64,000 bases of DNA from Xanthobacter sp. Its GTDB lineage: Bacteria; Pseudomonadota; Alphaproteobacteria; Rhizobiales; Xanthobacteraceae. The stretch lies in NCBI GenBank assembly GCA_050252035.1, contig JBFWLR010000007.1, positions 73,379-137,378 on the forward strand. The letters run 5' to 3'. Made by a program: the position numbers and the translations under genes. Shown here piece by piece: positions 32,538 to 42,735 of the stretch. The first letter of the stretch is position 1; each line of letters starts with the position of its first letter. Under the pieces are notes generated by a model. It had not been told where the DNA came from. It was given only the letters and a program-made list of their open reading frames with translations, and did not search any database.

Positions 32538-32849
32538 TCAACGGGGTTTCCCCGCCGATGCGAGAGTCGAGCGCACGCCTTCGAACAGCGCGGTATTGTC
32601 GTCCCAAAGACGCTTCATGGACGTCTGGGTATAGGTTGTACTCAATTGGAGCGCAGTGGCGGGGTCACTGCATTGAGAGAATTGGCGAATGAAGCCGGCC
32701 TGCTCCTCGAGCCGGTCTGCGATGAGATTGAGGGCGGTACTCCAGCTCGGGCCAAACCCCTGAACGGGTGTGGTGCTCCAGGCCTTTACCCAAGGCAGGT
32801 TGGCATAGCTCGTAAGGGTCGCATCCAGGGTAGCCGTCTCCGAGGTCAT
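32538..32849 (-). CDS. Phasin-like protein
   Basis: LNLIADRLEEQAGFIRQFSQCSDPATALQLSTTY resembles the Phasin_2 helical pattern. Confidence 0.55.
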   Translation of the reverse strand: MTSETATLDATLTSYANLPWVKAWSTTPVQGFGPSWSTALNLIADRLEEQAGFIRQFSQCSDPATALQLSTTYTQTSMKRLWDDNTALFEGVRSTLASAGKPR

Positions 32850-32912
32850 GGCATCGGTCCTTTCAGGTCGGGCGGTAGCGTGGTGATCCGTTGTGCGCTA
32901 CCACCGTTCGAA

Positions 32913-32944
32913 TTGACAACACATGTTGATTAAATCAAGGTGTT
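32913..32944. promoter_or_regulatory. -35 TTGACA and nested inverted repeat (TetR operator candidate)
   Basis: TTGACA, then AACAC-atg-TTGAT-taa-ATCAA-g-GTGTT. Confidence 0.5.
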
Positions 32945-32984
32945 TTTTGTGAGGTAAGCGGCTAGAAGAGGTCAGGAGGCTTGG

Positions 32985-33593
32985 ATGGCTCGATCCACAG
33001 CGCTCGATGCAGCGGCGAAAAGAAAACAGATCCTGCAGGCCGCAATCCTCAGGTTTGCGCGGCAGTCCTATGAGGACACCACGCTGCGGGCTATCGCTGC
33101 GGACGTGGATGTCGATGTCGCGCACGTGCATCGCTCTTTCGGCTCCAAGGAGAACCTCCTCATGGCCGCCGTGCTTGCGACTGCCCAGCCGCAGCGATTT
33201 CGCAGCGAGACCCGTCAGGGGTTCGTGACCAAGCTGGTCGATGAGATCTTCGAGCGGGATACCGGGCGCGCGGATGAAGAGGTGGGGTCGCTTGACATCT
33301 TCATGCGCTCGCTGACGAGCCGCGAGGCGGCGCATGTCATGCACGACGGGCTGCTCACGGAGCTGATCGTGCCGTTTGCGGAGATGCTGGACCCGCCGTC
33401 CACGCAGCGGGCGGCGCTGATGGTCGCGGTCCTCGTGGGCATCGGCGTGCTAAGGGACGTTCTCGGCATAGAGCCGCTCCGTGAAAAGGGAGATGGAGAG
33501 CTCCGCCGTCTCATCATCGAGATGCTGGAGCAGCTGATTGGCGACGATCCGCCGGTGACGAAACATGAGGCTGGTAGGTCAGGAGACGCTTAA
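32985..33593 (+). CDS. TetR family regulator
   Basis: TTLRAIAADVDVDVAHVHRSFGSKENL HTH. Confidence 0.9.
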   Translation: MARSTALDAAAKRKQILQAAILRFARQSYEDTTLRAIAADVDVDVAHVHRSFGSKENLLMAAVLATAQPQRFRSETRQGFVTKLVDEIFERDTGRADEEVGSLDIFMRSLTSREAAHVMHDGLLTELIVPFAEMLDPPSTQRAALMVAVLVGIGVLRDVLGIEPLREKGDGELRRLIIEMLEQLIGDDPPVTKHEAGRSGDA

Positions 33594-33710
33594 GTCCGTG
33601 CCCGTGCGTGGCACGTGGCCTAGTGGCTGTTGCCCGACACGCGGGGCAATTTTGACAGGACAAGCCGGCAAGCGGCCCGTTGGCCGCGCTCCGGCACAGG
33701 AGGATTGATT

Positions 33711-34829
33711 ATGCCCGTGAAAACCGCCCCGCGCTTTGGCGGCCAGGGATCCGCGCGCGCCGGCCAGCCGCGTCGCTTTTTGCTGTGCAGTGTGTTGCTC
33801 GGATTGGTGTTGTTGGCGGGCTTGTCCGGCTCGGGCCTCCTGATCCGTTCCGCGCAGGCGCAGCAGAGCGGCGGAACCCCGCTTGAAAAGGCAAAGGCAG
33901 CGGTTGAGACGCTGATCAATCACCTGCGTGGCATCGACATGCCGGAAGGAATCGTGAAGTCGAATGGGCGGATCGAGGCGACGGAAGTCGACGTGTCGGC
34001 AAAATACCCGGGCCGCCTCGCGAGCGTGACCGTGAACGAGGGAGACAACGTGACCGCGGGGCAGGTGGTCGCCACCATCTCCTCGCCGGAGACCGAGGCC
34101 GAGCTGCGCGGCGCGCAGGCGCAGCTGATGAAGGCCAAGCAGGCGCTGGCCGAAGCCACGGCCTTGATCGCCCAGCGCAAGAGTGATCTTGATTTCACCC
34201 GAACCGACTATGATCGCGCGGTGGCCTTGGTCGGGAAGGGCTTCATCACCCAGCAGGTCGCCGACCAGAGACGGAACAGGTTCGATGCGGCGGAGGCCGC
34301 GTACGTCGCGGCGAATGCCCAGCGCGACCAGGCCGATTCCGAGATTCGGGCGGCGCAGGCGAATGTCGAGCGCTGGCAATCGGTGCTAGTCGATCTCACG
34401 CTGGTGTCGCCGCGCAGCGGGCGCGTGCAGTACCGCCTCGCGCGTGCGGGCGAGGTGGTCGCACCCGGGCAGCGGGTCCTCACCATTCTCGACCTGAACG
34501 ACGTCTACATGACCATCTATCTGCCGGCGAACCAGGCCGGCCGGCTCACCTTGGGCGACGAGGCGCGGGTGATCCTCGATCCGCTTCCCCAATACGTGTT
34601 TCCCACCACGGTCAGTTTCGTGGCCACTGAGGCGCAGTTCACGCCCAAGAGCGTGGAAACCGCCGAGGAGCGGGAGAAGCTGATGTTTCGCGTGAAATTG
34701 CAGGCACCCGCCGATCTGCTGAGTAAATACTATCGTCAGGTGAAGACGGGCGTGCGGGGGCTCGGGTTCGTGCGGCTCGATCCGCGGATTGCCTGGCCGG
34801 AAGACCTCCAGGTGAGGCTCCCGCAATGA
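33711..34829 (+). CDS. HlyD-family periplasmic adaptor (YhiI-like)
   Basis: SNGRIEATEVDVSAKYPGRL, FTPKSVETAEEREKLMFRVK; AGGAGG RBS before ATG 33711. Confidence 0.9.
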   Translation: MPVKTAPRFGGQGSARAGQPRRFLLCSVLLGLVLLAGLSGSGLLIRSAQAQQSGGTPLEKAKAAVETLINHLRGIDMPEGIVKSNGRIEATEVDVSAKYPGRLASVTVNEGDNVTAGQVVATISSPETEAELRGAQAQLMKAKQALAEATALIAQRKSDLDFTRTDYDRAVALVGKGFITQQVADQRRNRFDAAEAAYVAANAQRDQADSEIRAAQANVERWQSVLVDLTLVSPRSGRVQYRLARAGEVVAPGQRVLTILDLNDVYMTIYLPANQAGRLTLGDEARVILDPLPQYVFPTTVSFVATEAQFTPKSVETAEEREKLMFRVKLQAPADLLSKYYRQVKTGVRGLGFVRLDPRIAWPEDLQVRLPQ

Positions 34830-37597
34830 CGGGGGCCATCGCCGTCAAGGTCGAAGGCATCACGCATCGCTACGGCAAGGTCCTCGCCCTCGACGATCTC
34901 ACGCTTGAAATTCCCGCCGGCTGCATGGCGGGCCTGATCGGGCCAGACGGTGTGGGCAAGTCCACCTTGCTGGCGCTCATTGCTGGCGTGCGGAAGATCC
35001 AGACCGGCACGGTCCTGGCGCTCAATGGCGACATCGCGGACGAGAACCATCGCCGGCAGAGCTACGCCCGCATCGCCTACATGCCGCAGGGGCTCGGGCG
35101 CAACCTCTATCCCACCCTCAGCGTCTTCGACAATATCGATTTTTTCGGGCGGCTATTCGGCCAGAGCGCGCCGGAGCGGCGCGCCCGTATCGAGGAGTTG
35201 CTGAAAGCCACGGGGCTCGATCCATTCGCGGACCGCCCCTGCGGCAAGCTTTCGGGCGGCATGAAGCAGAAGGCGAGCCTGTGCTGCTCGCTGATGCACG
35301 ATCCCGACCTGCTCATTCTCGACGAACCCACCACGGGCGTCGATCCGCTTTCGCGCCGCCAGTTCTGGGACCTGATCGATTCCATCCGCGCCCGCCGTCC
35401 GCTCATGAGCGTCATCGTCGCCACGGCCTACATGGATGAGGCAAGCCGATTCGATTGGCTCGCGGCCATGGACGAGGGCAAGGTCATCGCCGAGGGCTCG
35501 CCCGCGGAGATTCTTAAGCGCGCGAGCAAAAGCTCGCTCGACGAGGCCTTCATCGCCCTCCTGCCTCCCGAGAAACGCGGACAGCATCAGGCGGTGGTCG
35601 TGCCGCCGCGCCCCGAGGAGCCGGACGCGACACCCGCGATCGAGGCCGAGGGGTTGACGCGGCGGTTCGGTGACTTCGTCGCGGTGGATCATGTGAGCTT
35701 CCGCATCGGGCGCGGCGAGATCTTCGGCTTCCTCGGCTCCAATGGCTGCGGCAAGACGACGACGATGAAGATGATGACCGGTCTGCTGCCGGTGAGCGAA
35801 GGGTCGGCCAAGCTGTTCGGCAAGCCCATGCTGACGGACGACGCGGCGGCGCGCGAGAATGTCGGCTACATGTCGCAGGCCTTCTCGCTTTATAGCGAGC
35901 TGACGGTTCGGCAGAACCTGGAGCTGCATGCCCACCTCTATCACCTGCCGGAAGACCAGATCGAGCCACGGATCGCCGAGTTGTTGGAGCGGTTCGACCT
36001 GAAGGCCGACGCGGATGCGAAGCCGGAAAGCCTGCCGCTCGGCATCAAGCAGCGTCTGCAGCTGGCGGTGGCGGTGCTCCACCGTCCGGCCATGCTGATT
36101 CTCGATGAGCCGACCTCGGGGGTCGATCCGGTGGCGCGTGACAGCTTCTGGAGAACGCTGATCGATCTGTCGCGCAATGACGGCGTCACCATCTTCCTTT
36201 CCACCCATTTCATGAACGAGGCGGAGCGCTGCGACCGCATCTCGCTGATGCACCAGGGCCGCGTACTCGCGGTGGGTTCGCCCGCGACGCTCGCCGCGGA
36301 ACGTGGCTGTGCCACTTTGGAAGACGCCTTCATCTCCTATCTGGAGGAGGCCAGCGGAACGGCAGGCAGCAAGAGAGAGGATGCGGCCGGTGCCGCAGCT
36401 GCGGCACCGGCGCTCGCGCCACCACTTGCGGAATGGGCGCAACGGCATGCCTCCTGGCGGTTCGATCCGCGGCGGCTGTGGGCCTATGCCCGTCGTGAGG
36501 CCATGGAGCTGCTGCGCGATCCGATCCGGCTGATGTTCGCGTTCGTCGGTCCACTCGTCCTGATGCTGGCCATGGGCTATGGCATCACATTCGACGTCGA
36601 GAATCTGAAGTACGCCGCCTTCGATCAAGACCAGACGCCGGAGAGCCGCCGGTTGCTCGAGAGCTTTTCTGGCTCTCATTATTTTTTGGAGCAGCCGCCC
36701 ATCCGCTCCGAGGAGGAGCTGGAACAGCGCATGCGCAGCGGCGAGCTTGCCCTTGCGATTGAGATTCCGCCGGGCTTCGGCCGAGACCTCACGAATTTGA
36801 GGCCGCCTGAAATCGCCTTCTGGGTGGATGGCGCCATGCCGTTCCGAGGCGAGACCGCGAGCGGCTACGTCTCAGGGCTGCTACTGCGCTACGTGAAGGA
36901 TCTCGTGGTCGAGCGCTTCGGTCCCAATGGGCTTTCCTCCGCCTATCTGGCCAACATCAACATCGAGAACCGCTTCCGCTACAATCCGGCGTTCAAGAGC
37001 GTGTTCAGCATGGTGCCGAGCGTCATCGTCATCATGCTGGTGCTGATCCCCGCCATCATGGCCACCATCGGCATCGTGCGCGAGGTGGAGACGGGCTCCA
37101 TCGCCAATTTCCGTTCCACGCCCATCACCAAGATGGAATTCCTGCTGGGCAAGCAGTTTCCCTATGTCGTGGTCGGGATGATGACCTTCCTCCTCCTGGT
37201 GGTCATGGCACGGGTGGTGTTCGGCGTGCCGGTGAAGGGCTCTTTCGGCGCGCTGGCCTTCGGCGCTCTGCTCTATGTGTTCGCCACCTGTGGCTTCGGG
37301 CAGCTCATCTCCACCTTCACCCGGACCCAGGTCGCAGCGGTGTTCGCCACCACGGTGCTCGCCGTCATTCCGGTGGTGAACTTCTCCGGCCTGCTGGTGC
37401 CCGTCTCCTCCCTCACCGGCACGGGCCGGCTCATCGGCCTCCTGTTTCCGTCGGCCTGGTTCCAGCCGATCAGCGTCGGTGTCTTCACCAAAGGGCTGGG
37501 CTGGTCCGAGATCTGGCTCAACGCCCTCGTCCTCGCCCTGTTCGCGCTGGCCTATTTTCTCGGCGCGCACATGATGCTGCGCAAGCAGGAGAGCTGA
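34826..37597 (+). CDS. rbbA: RbbA-like double-ATPase ABC protein with C-terminal permease
   Basis: GPDGVGKST and GSNGCGKTT Walker A motifs, LSGGMKQK, C-terminal ABC-2 membrane domain, 923 aa. Confidence 0.92.
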   Translation: MTGAIAVKVEGITHRYGKVLALDDLTLEIPAGCMAGLIGPDGVGKSTLLALIAGVRKIQTGTVLALNGDIADENHRRQSYARIAYMPQGLGRNLYPTLSVFDNIDFFGRLFGQSAPERRARIEELLKATGLDPFADRPCGKLSGGMKQKASLCCSLMHDPDLLILDEPTTGVDPLSRRQFWDLIDSIRARRPLMSVIVATAYMDEASRFDWLAAMDEGKVIAEGSPAEILKRASKSSLDEAFIALLPPEKRGQHQAVVVPPRPEEPDATPAIEAEGLTRRFGDFVAVDHVSFRIGRGEIFGFLGSNGCGKTTTMKMMTGLLPVSEGSAKLFGKPMLTDDAAARENVGYMSQAFSLYSELTVRQNLELHAHLYHLPEDQIEPRIAELLERFDLKADADAKPESLPLGIKQRLQLAVAVLHRPAMLILDEPTSGVDPVARDSFWRTLIDLSRNDGVTIFLSTHFMNEAERCDRISLMHQGRVLAVGSPATLAAERGCATLEDAFISYLEEASGTAGSKREDAAGAAAAAPALAPPLAEWAQRHASWRFDPRRLWAYARREAMELLRDPIRLMFAFVGPLVLMLAMGYGITFDVENLKYAAFDQDQTPESRRLLESFSGSHYFLEQPPIRSEEELEQRMRSGELALAIEIPPGFGRDLTNLRPPEIAFWVDGAMPFRGETASGYVSGLLLRYVKDLVVERFGPNGLSSAYLANINIENRFRYNPAFKSVFSMVPSVIVIMLVLIPAIMATIGIVREVETGSIANFRSTPITKMEFLLGKQFPYVVVGMMTFLLLVVMARVVFGVPVKGSFGALAFGALLYVFATCGFGQLISTFTRTQVAAVFATTVLAVIPVVNFSGLLVPVSSLTGTGRLIGLLFPSAWFQPISVGVFTKGLGWSEIWLNALVLALFALAYFLGAHMMLRKQES

Positions 37598-37598
37598 G

Positions 37599-38816
37599 AT
37601 GTCGCGTACGGATCGGGCCGAGCCGCCGCCGCGTGAGCCGGCATCACCGGTTGAAACGGCCCAGCGTCTCGATCGCCGGGGCGGGGCGCTGTGGTGGCAC
37701 CTCACCAACATCTATCGGCTGACCCTCAAGGAGCTGCGCAGCATTCGCGCCGATCCCATCATGCTGGCGCTGGTCGCCTTCTCCTTCACCATCGCCATCT
37801 ATGCCGCCGCCACCGGTGCCTCGACAGAGGCGACCAACCTGTCCGTCGGCATCGTGGACGAGGACCATTCCGACCTGTCGCGACGCATCGCGGCAAGTCT
37901 CACTCCGCCGACGTTCAAGCCTGCGGTGGAGATTTCCGTGCGCGAGATCGACTCGTCCCTGGATGCGCAGCGCTTCATCTATGTGATCGAGATCCCGCCC
38001 CGCTTCGAGCAGGATGTTCTGGCCGGACGCGAGGTGTCGGTGCAGATCAATGTCGATGCCACGGCTGCCGCGCAGGCCTTCAATGGCATGACCTACATTC
38101 AGAACATCATCCTCACCGAAACCGCGAGATTCATCGCCCATCGCGAGGTGTCGGGCTCTCTCCCGGTGAAGGTGGTCATGCGCTCGAAGTTCAATCCGAA
38201 CTTCAAGTCGAGCTGGTTCACCTCGGTGATGCAGATCATCAGCAACCTAACCATGATCACGGTGATGCTCAGCGGCGCTGCCCTTATTCGCGAGCGTGAG
38301 CAGGGCACGGTGGAACATTTGCTGGTCATGCCGGTGGTCCCCTTCGAGATCATGTTCGCAAAGGTGCTGGCCAACGGCATCGTGGTGCTGGTGGCCACCG
38401 GCCTATCCCTGGTGCTGGTCGTGGAGTGGTGGCTGCAGGTGCCGATCGCGGGCTCGCTACTGCTCTTCCTGGCGGGGGCCTGCGTCTATGTGTTCACGGT
38501 GGCCTCGCTCGGCATCGCGCTGGGCACGGTGGCGACTACCATGGCGCAGTTCGGCCTGCTCTCCATCCCGGTGCTGCTGGTGATGATGCTGCTGTCCGGT
38601 AGCACGACACCGCTGGAAAGCATGCCCGTCTGGCTGCAGTACCTCATGCGGCTCATCAGCCCGACGCCTCATTTCGTGATCTTTGCGCAGGACGTCCTCT
38701 ATCGCGGAGCCGGAGCATCCATTGTCTGGCCGCAGATCCTGGCGACGGCGACCATCGGTGCCCTCTACTTCATCGTCGCCCTGCGGCGGTTTCGTCGGGT
38801 CATCTTCACCGGGTGA
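37599..38816 (+). CDS. ABC-2 permease (YhhJ-like)
   Basis: KELRSIRAD, REREQGTVEHLLVMP, SGSTTPLESMP. Confidence 0.9.
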   Translation: MSRTDRAEPPPREPASPVETAQRLDRRGGALWWHLTNIYRLTLKELRSIRADPIMLALVAFSFTIAIYAAATGASTEATNLSVGIVDEDHSDLSRRIAASLTPPTFKPAVEISVREIDSSLDAQRFIYVIEIPPRFEQDVLAGREVSVQINVDATAAAQAFNGMTYIQNIILTETARFIAHREVSGSLPVKVVMRSKFNPNFKSSWFTSVMQIISNLTMITVMLSGAALIREREQGTVEHLLVMPVVPFEIMFAKVLANGIVVLVATGLSLVLVVEWWLQVPIAGSLLLFLAGACVYVFTVASLGIALGTVATTMAQFGLLSIPVLLVMMLLSGSTTPLESMPVWLQYLMRLISPTPHFVIFAQDVLYRGAGASIVWPQILATATIGALYFIVALRRFRRVIFTG

Positions 38817-38833
38817 AGTCAGATTCCAGCGGA

Positions 38834-38868
38834 GCGCCCTTCCGCCTGAGGAACAGGCGGAAGGGCGC
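38834..38868. terminator. Perfect 15-bp hairpin after the permease gene
   Basis: GCGCCCTTCCGCCTG-aggaa-CAGGCGGAAGGGCGC; no U-tract. Confidence 0.5.
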
Positions 38869-39389
38869 CGGGGAAGACGCGCTCCCTAGCGAATGTCTGG
38901 GAAGGCGGCCACGACGGGATGGTCACGAGCCTGCTGGGCGCGGCCTGGCTCTCGCGGACGACGATCCGGGCGCCTCGCTTCTCAGCCTCGCGCGGACTGC
39001 GCCACCCCGCAGAAATCGTCGATTTCTAATGGCAGTGGCAGGCTGGCGATGGGCGCAATTCAACCCCTCCCGAGAGGGGGAGGGCGACGGGTTGGCGCGA
39101 ACGGACGAACGCGGAATGGATGATCATCGCCCCGTTGTTGTCGAGCAAGCCGCGTGGTGTGACGCGGCGGGATGACGCGCGGGGGAGCGACGGCAATCTT
39201 GCGGTGGCGCCAGCGCGCGGCATCTTCGCACGTCCGCAAAAATTCAACGCATGCCTTTGGGCTTACTCTCCAAAGCCTTGGGCGACGATCTTGAAGCGAA
39301 GCTGGATATGACCATCAGGTTCATGCCGCACAACCCCGAGACGAAGCGCATGCCGCCCCCCCCGCCGATGATCGATCCGCGGCACGCGT

Positions 39390-40985
39390 TCAGCGACGGG
39401 TTTTTTCCTCCTCGATCAGCGAAATCTTCGACAGCTTGCCGACAGCCGTGCGTGGGAGCGCGTCGCGAATCTCAAGGGCTTTAGGCATCTCGATGCGCGA
39501 GATCTGCGTTCTCAGAAACGCGAAGATCTCCTCCACCGTTGCCCGTGCGCCGGTGCGCAGGCTCACATAAGCTTTCGGCGCTTGTCCGCGGTAAGGATCA
39601 GGAAGACCGATCACCACAGCCTCCAGCACCGCGGGATGCCGATAGAGCGCCTCCTCGATCACCCGTGGATAGACATTATAGCCCCCACAGATGATGAGGT
39701 CCTTGGCGCGATCGACCAGGAAGTAAAATCCATCCTGGTCTCGATACCCGATATCACCCGTCCGCAGCGCCCCCGCGATGAACGTATCGTGGGTCTCATC
39801 GGGGCGCTGCCAATATCCCGCCATGACCTGCGGCCCGCGAACGAAAAGCTCCCCCCGCTCGCCGTCGGGCAGCACCCGCGACAAGTCGGCCGGATCCCGC
39901 ACCTCGATGATCGTGTCGTCCAAGGCGGTGCCGATCGATCCGGGGCGCGCCGGGCCGGTGAATGGGTTGCAGGTCACGACGGGCGAGGCCTCGGACAAGC
40001 CATAGCCCTCGACGAGCGTACAGCCCGTGAGTCCCTCGAAACGCTCAAGCACGTCGAGAGGCAGCGGCGCACCACCCGAGATGCAGAAGCGTATCGACGA
40101 CAGATCGGCCGTCCGGTTCTCCATCGCGCTGTTGATCGCGGTGTAGAGGGTCGGCACACCGGGAAAGAGCGTGGGTCGCCTGGCCTCGATGAGGGCGAGC
40201 ACCTCCTCGATGTCGAACCGCGCCACGAGGATGAGCTCGGCGCCGCGTGCGACCGCGAGATTCATCACCGCCGTCATCGCAAACGCGTGGAACAACGGCA
40301 GCACGCCGAGCAAACGGTCCTGAACCGCCTCCATTTCCGGAATTCGGCGGTTCAGCTGCATGGCGTTCGCCCAGATGTTCGCATGGGTGAGCATGGCGCC
40401 TTTGGGGCGGCCCGTCGTCCCGCCCGTATATTGAAGGACCGCCAGGTCACGCTCCGGGACGACCTCCACCGGGGCAGGCATCTCGCCATAGGTGAGCAGC
40501 GACGTGAAGCCGACGATTCGCGGATCATCGCCCGACACCGGGGCCTCCTCACCCATGGGGCACAGAATGATCGTGCGCAGAGAGCTGGTATCGAGAACGG
40601 ACGTGACCTTCTTCGCCACCTCGGGGCTGTCGGCCGCAACCATGATCGAAGTCCCTGAATCCTCGATCTGGTGATGCAGTTCGCGCTCCACATAGAGCGG
40701 GTTGAAATTGACCACGACGCCCCCCGCGCGCAGCACAGCGAAGTAAAGAACCACGAAATGAAGCGAATTCGGCAGGCATAGACCAACCCGTGTTCCCTTC
40801 GCCACTCCCATCTCCTGCAGCCCGCAGGCCGCTTTGTTCACGAGCGCACCCAATCGCGCGTAGGAGAGGCTCCTTCCCGCGTGATCGACGGCGGCGCGGT
40901 CGGGAAACCGCGCCACGGCGTCTTGAAGGAGATCGAAGACCGGACGCGCGACGATCGCAGCGCTCCGCTGCGGCTCCTGCCTCAT
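39390..40985 (-). CDS. Long-chain acyl-CoA synthetase (FadD-like)
   Basis: YTGGTTGRPKG, VEGYGLSEASP, LRTGDIG, KDLIICGGYNVYP. Confidence 0.92.
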   Translation of the reverse strand: MRQEPQRSAAIVARPVFDLLQDAVARFPDRAAVDHAGRSLSYARLGALVNKAACGLQEMGVAKGTRVGLCLPNSLHFVVLYFAVLRAGGVVVNFNPLYVERELHHQIEDSGTSIMVAADSPEVAKKVTSVLDTSSLRTIILCPMGEEAPVSGDDPRIVGFTSLLTYGEMPAPVEVVPERDLAVLQYTGGTTGRPKGAMLTHANIWANAMQLNRRIPEMEAVQDRLLGVLPLFHAFAMTAVMNLAVARGAELILVARFDIEEVLALIEARRPTLFPGVPTLYTAINSAMENRTADLSSIRFCISGGAPLPLDVLERFEGLTGCTLVEGYGLSEASPVVTCNPFTGPARPGSIGTALDDTIIEVRDPADLSRVLPDGERGELFVRGPQVMAGYWQRPDETHDTFIAGALRTGDIGYRDQDGFYFLVDRAKDLIICGGYNVYPRVIEEALYRHPAVLEAVVIGLPDPYRGQAPKAYVSLRTGARATVEEIFAFLRTQISRIEMPKALEIRDALPRTAVGKLSKISLIEEEKTRR

Positions 40986-41046
40986 GGCACAATCCTTCCT
41001 TCTCTTTCGGTGTGATGGCGGCGCAGCCCGGCAAGGACCTTGCAGG

Positions 41047-42303
41047 TCACCATTTGTAGTTCACAGTAAGGGCTGCGATGTCCACCTGGGCGTGGGCGCT
41101 GCCAATGAACGGCACCCCGGTGAAGCGTGGGTTGGAGGTGTCGGTCAAAACGATGTCGCCTTCGCGCATAAACACATGGGCATATCCGAAGTCGAATGAG
41201 AGGTTTTTCGAGTACTGGTAGCTGCCCCCCAGACCGACCATGATGCGGTTACTGTCGGGAAGCCTTGGGTCGCGGGTTTGTGCGGTGATCGGAGATTCTT
41301 CGTAATTGATACCCGCGCGCAGCGTGGTTTCGGCGCTCCATTTATATTCGAGGCCGCCGGCGACCAACCATCCGTCCCTGTAGTCGAAATTCAAGGGGAC
41401 GACCGGCCCGCTGTCCGAACTGACGATAAACCGGTTGAAGGCCGACCAGTTTGTCCATTGATAGGTCATGTTCAAGGTGAAGTCCGGCGTCAGGACCTGT
41501 CTCAGTCCAACATTCAGCTGTGCCGGCAGAGTGAGGTCGAGACTGATGTCCCGCCGTCCGGGGAGGACGAGGCCGGACAATCCGGGGAAGGGAATGTTGT
41601 TCTCCAAAGTCCCATCCAGGCTGGGAGAGACTTCCGAGCGATAGCCGACACCGATCACCGTTCCCTCGAACGGCTTCAGGAGCACCCCGAGCTTATAACC
41701 CAAGCTCATGCCGTCAGCGTTGAGATTCAGATAGCCCTCGGGCATCAGTGGGGTGAGGCGTGAATTCAGTTTTGTATTCAAGTAATTGATTTGCAGTCCG
41801 GCACCAATGGAGAGCCAGTCCGTGATTTTATAGGCAATGGTGGGCGTCACATTGATGTCCACCACCTCGGTCTTCGTTCCGTAATAGGATGTATAGAGTT
41901 CGGGAGCGATGTCGGTCATGAGGCCGAACGGCGCATCGACGGAAACGCCGATCCAAAAACGGCCATTCACTTGGTAGGAGAGCTGGGCGGCCGGCACCGG
42001 GCGGCCACCGTTCGCGATGTCATCGGTGTTTCCCGTCGGCGCGTCGACGTGGATGAGCGGCTTGATGTAGGAGAGGGTCGCTGATGCTTGCAGCCCGTCG
42101 AATTCGGACAGCGTCGCCGGATTGAAGGCCATCGAGGCCAGCCCGGCGCTGCCGGCGGCCGTGCCGGACGCGGCAAGGCCCGTCCCCGCTGCGCCATATT
42201 CATTGAGCCCAAAAGCTCCCGCTTGGGCATGCTCAACCGAAAGCCCCGTCGCGCCGCCCGCAACCAGAAGCAGGCGGCCAACTTTAGCCACATCTATTTT
42301 CAT
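41047..42303 (-). CDS. FadL/OmpP1/TodX-family outer-membrane channel
   Basis: Signal peptide, AGAFGLNEY, NPAT motif, PFGLMTD, RDPRLPDSNR, C-terminal YKW. Confidence 0.9.
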   Translation of the reverse strand: MKIDVAKVGRLLLVAGGATGLSVEHAQAGAFGLNEYGAAGTGLAASGTAAGSAGLASMAFNPATLSEFDGLQASATLSYIKPLIHVDAPTGNTDDIANGGRPVPAAQLSYQVNGRFWIGVSVDAPFGLMTDIAPELYTSYYGTKTEVVDINVTPTIAYKITDWLSIGAGLQINYLNTKLNSRLTPLMPEGYLNLNADGMSLGYKLGVLLKPFEGTVIGVGYRSEVSPSLDGTLENNIPFPGLSGLVLPGRRDISLDLTLPAQLNVGLRQVLTPDFTLNMTYQWTNWSAFNRFIVSSDSGPVVPLNFDYRDGWLVAGGLEYKWSAETTLRAGINYEESPITAQTRDPRLPDSNRIMVGLGGSYQYSKNLSFDFGYAHVFMREGDIVLTDTSNPRFTGVPFIGSAHAQVDIAALTVNYKW

Positions 42304-42735
42304 TTTTCACCACCGGTTTTTTTATGACCGTGCGGCGCCGTACGCTGACCTATCTGCGATCATTCCCTGAGGGGGGCAGAGAACTGCACCGAGCGATACT
42401 TCGTCACTCAGGCCTTCTCCAGGCTCGCCTCTATCCTGATTGCTCCGGATCGTGCTGTACTGGCCCTCGGCATTCCTCCACAGATGTCATTTAGATTTCC
42501 ATTCCCGGCGCGGAAAAGGTTCTGGACGGCCAAACACCGGTTCTTTTCGGCCAAAGCGGACGAAATACGTACTGGATGCCTTGAAAAGGCGAATATATAT
42601 TCAGATGAACCATTTATTTTGATAAATATTTGGGTAAAATAGTTTGAAAGCTCGACAACAGAGATGGCGCAGGCGGATTTTCATATCTTGTCATGCGGGG
42701 CGACGGGTGAAAAATCTCAAGGTGTGACTGCGGAC

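Noticed and set aside
35153-36679. 508-aa antisense ORF
   Set aside because: Shadow of rbbA caused by strong GC3 bias.
38870-39389. Possible gene between the yhhJ-like permease and fadD (e.g. 39251..39484)
   Set aside because: Only short protein-like patches around a C8 run; no assignable family.
39582-40658. 358-aa antisense ORF
   Set aside because: Shadow of the acyl-CoA synthetase.
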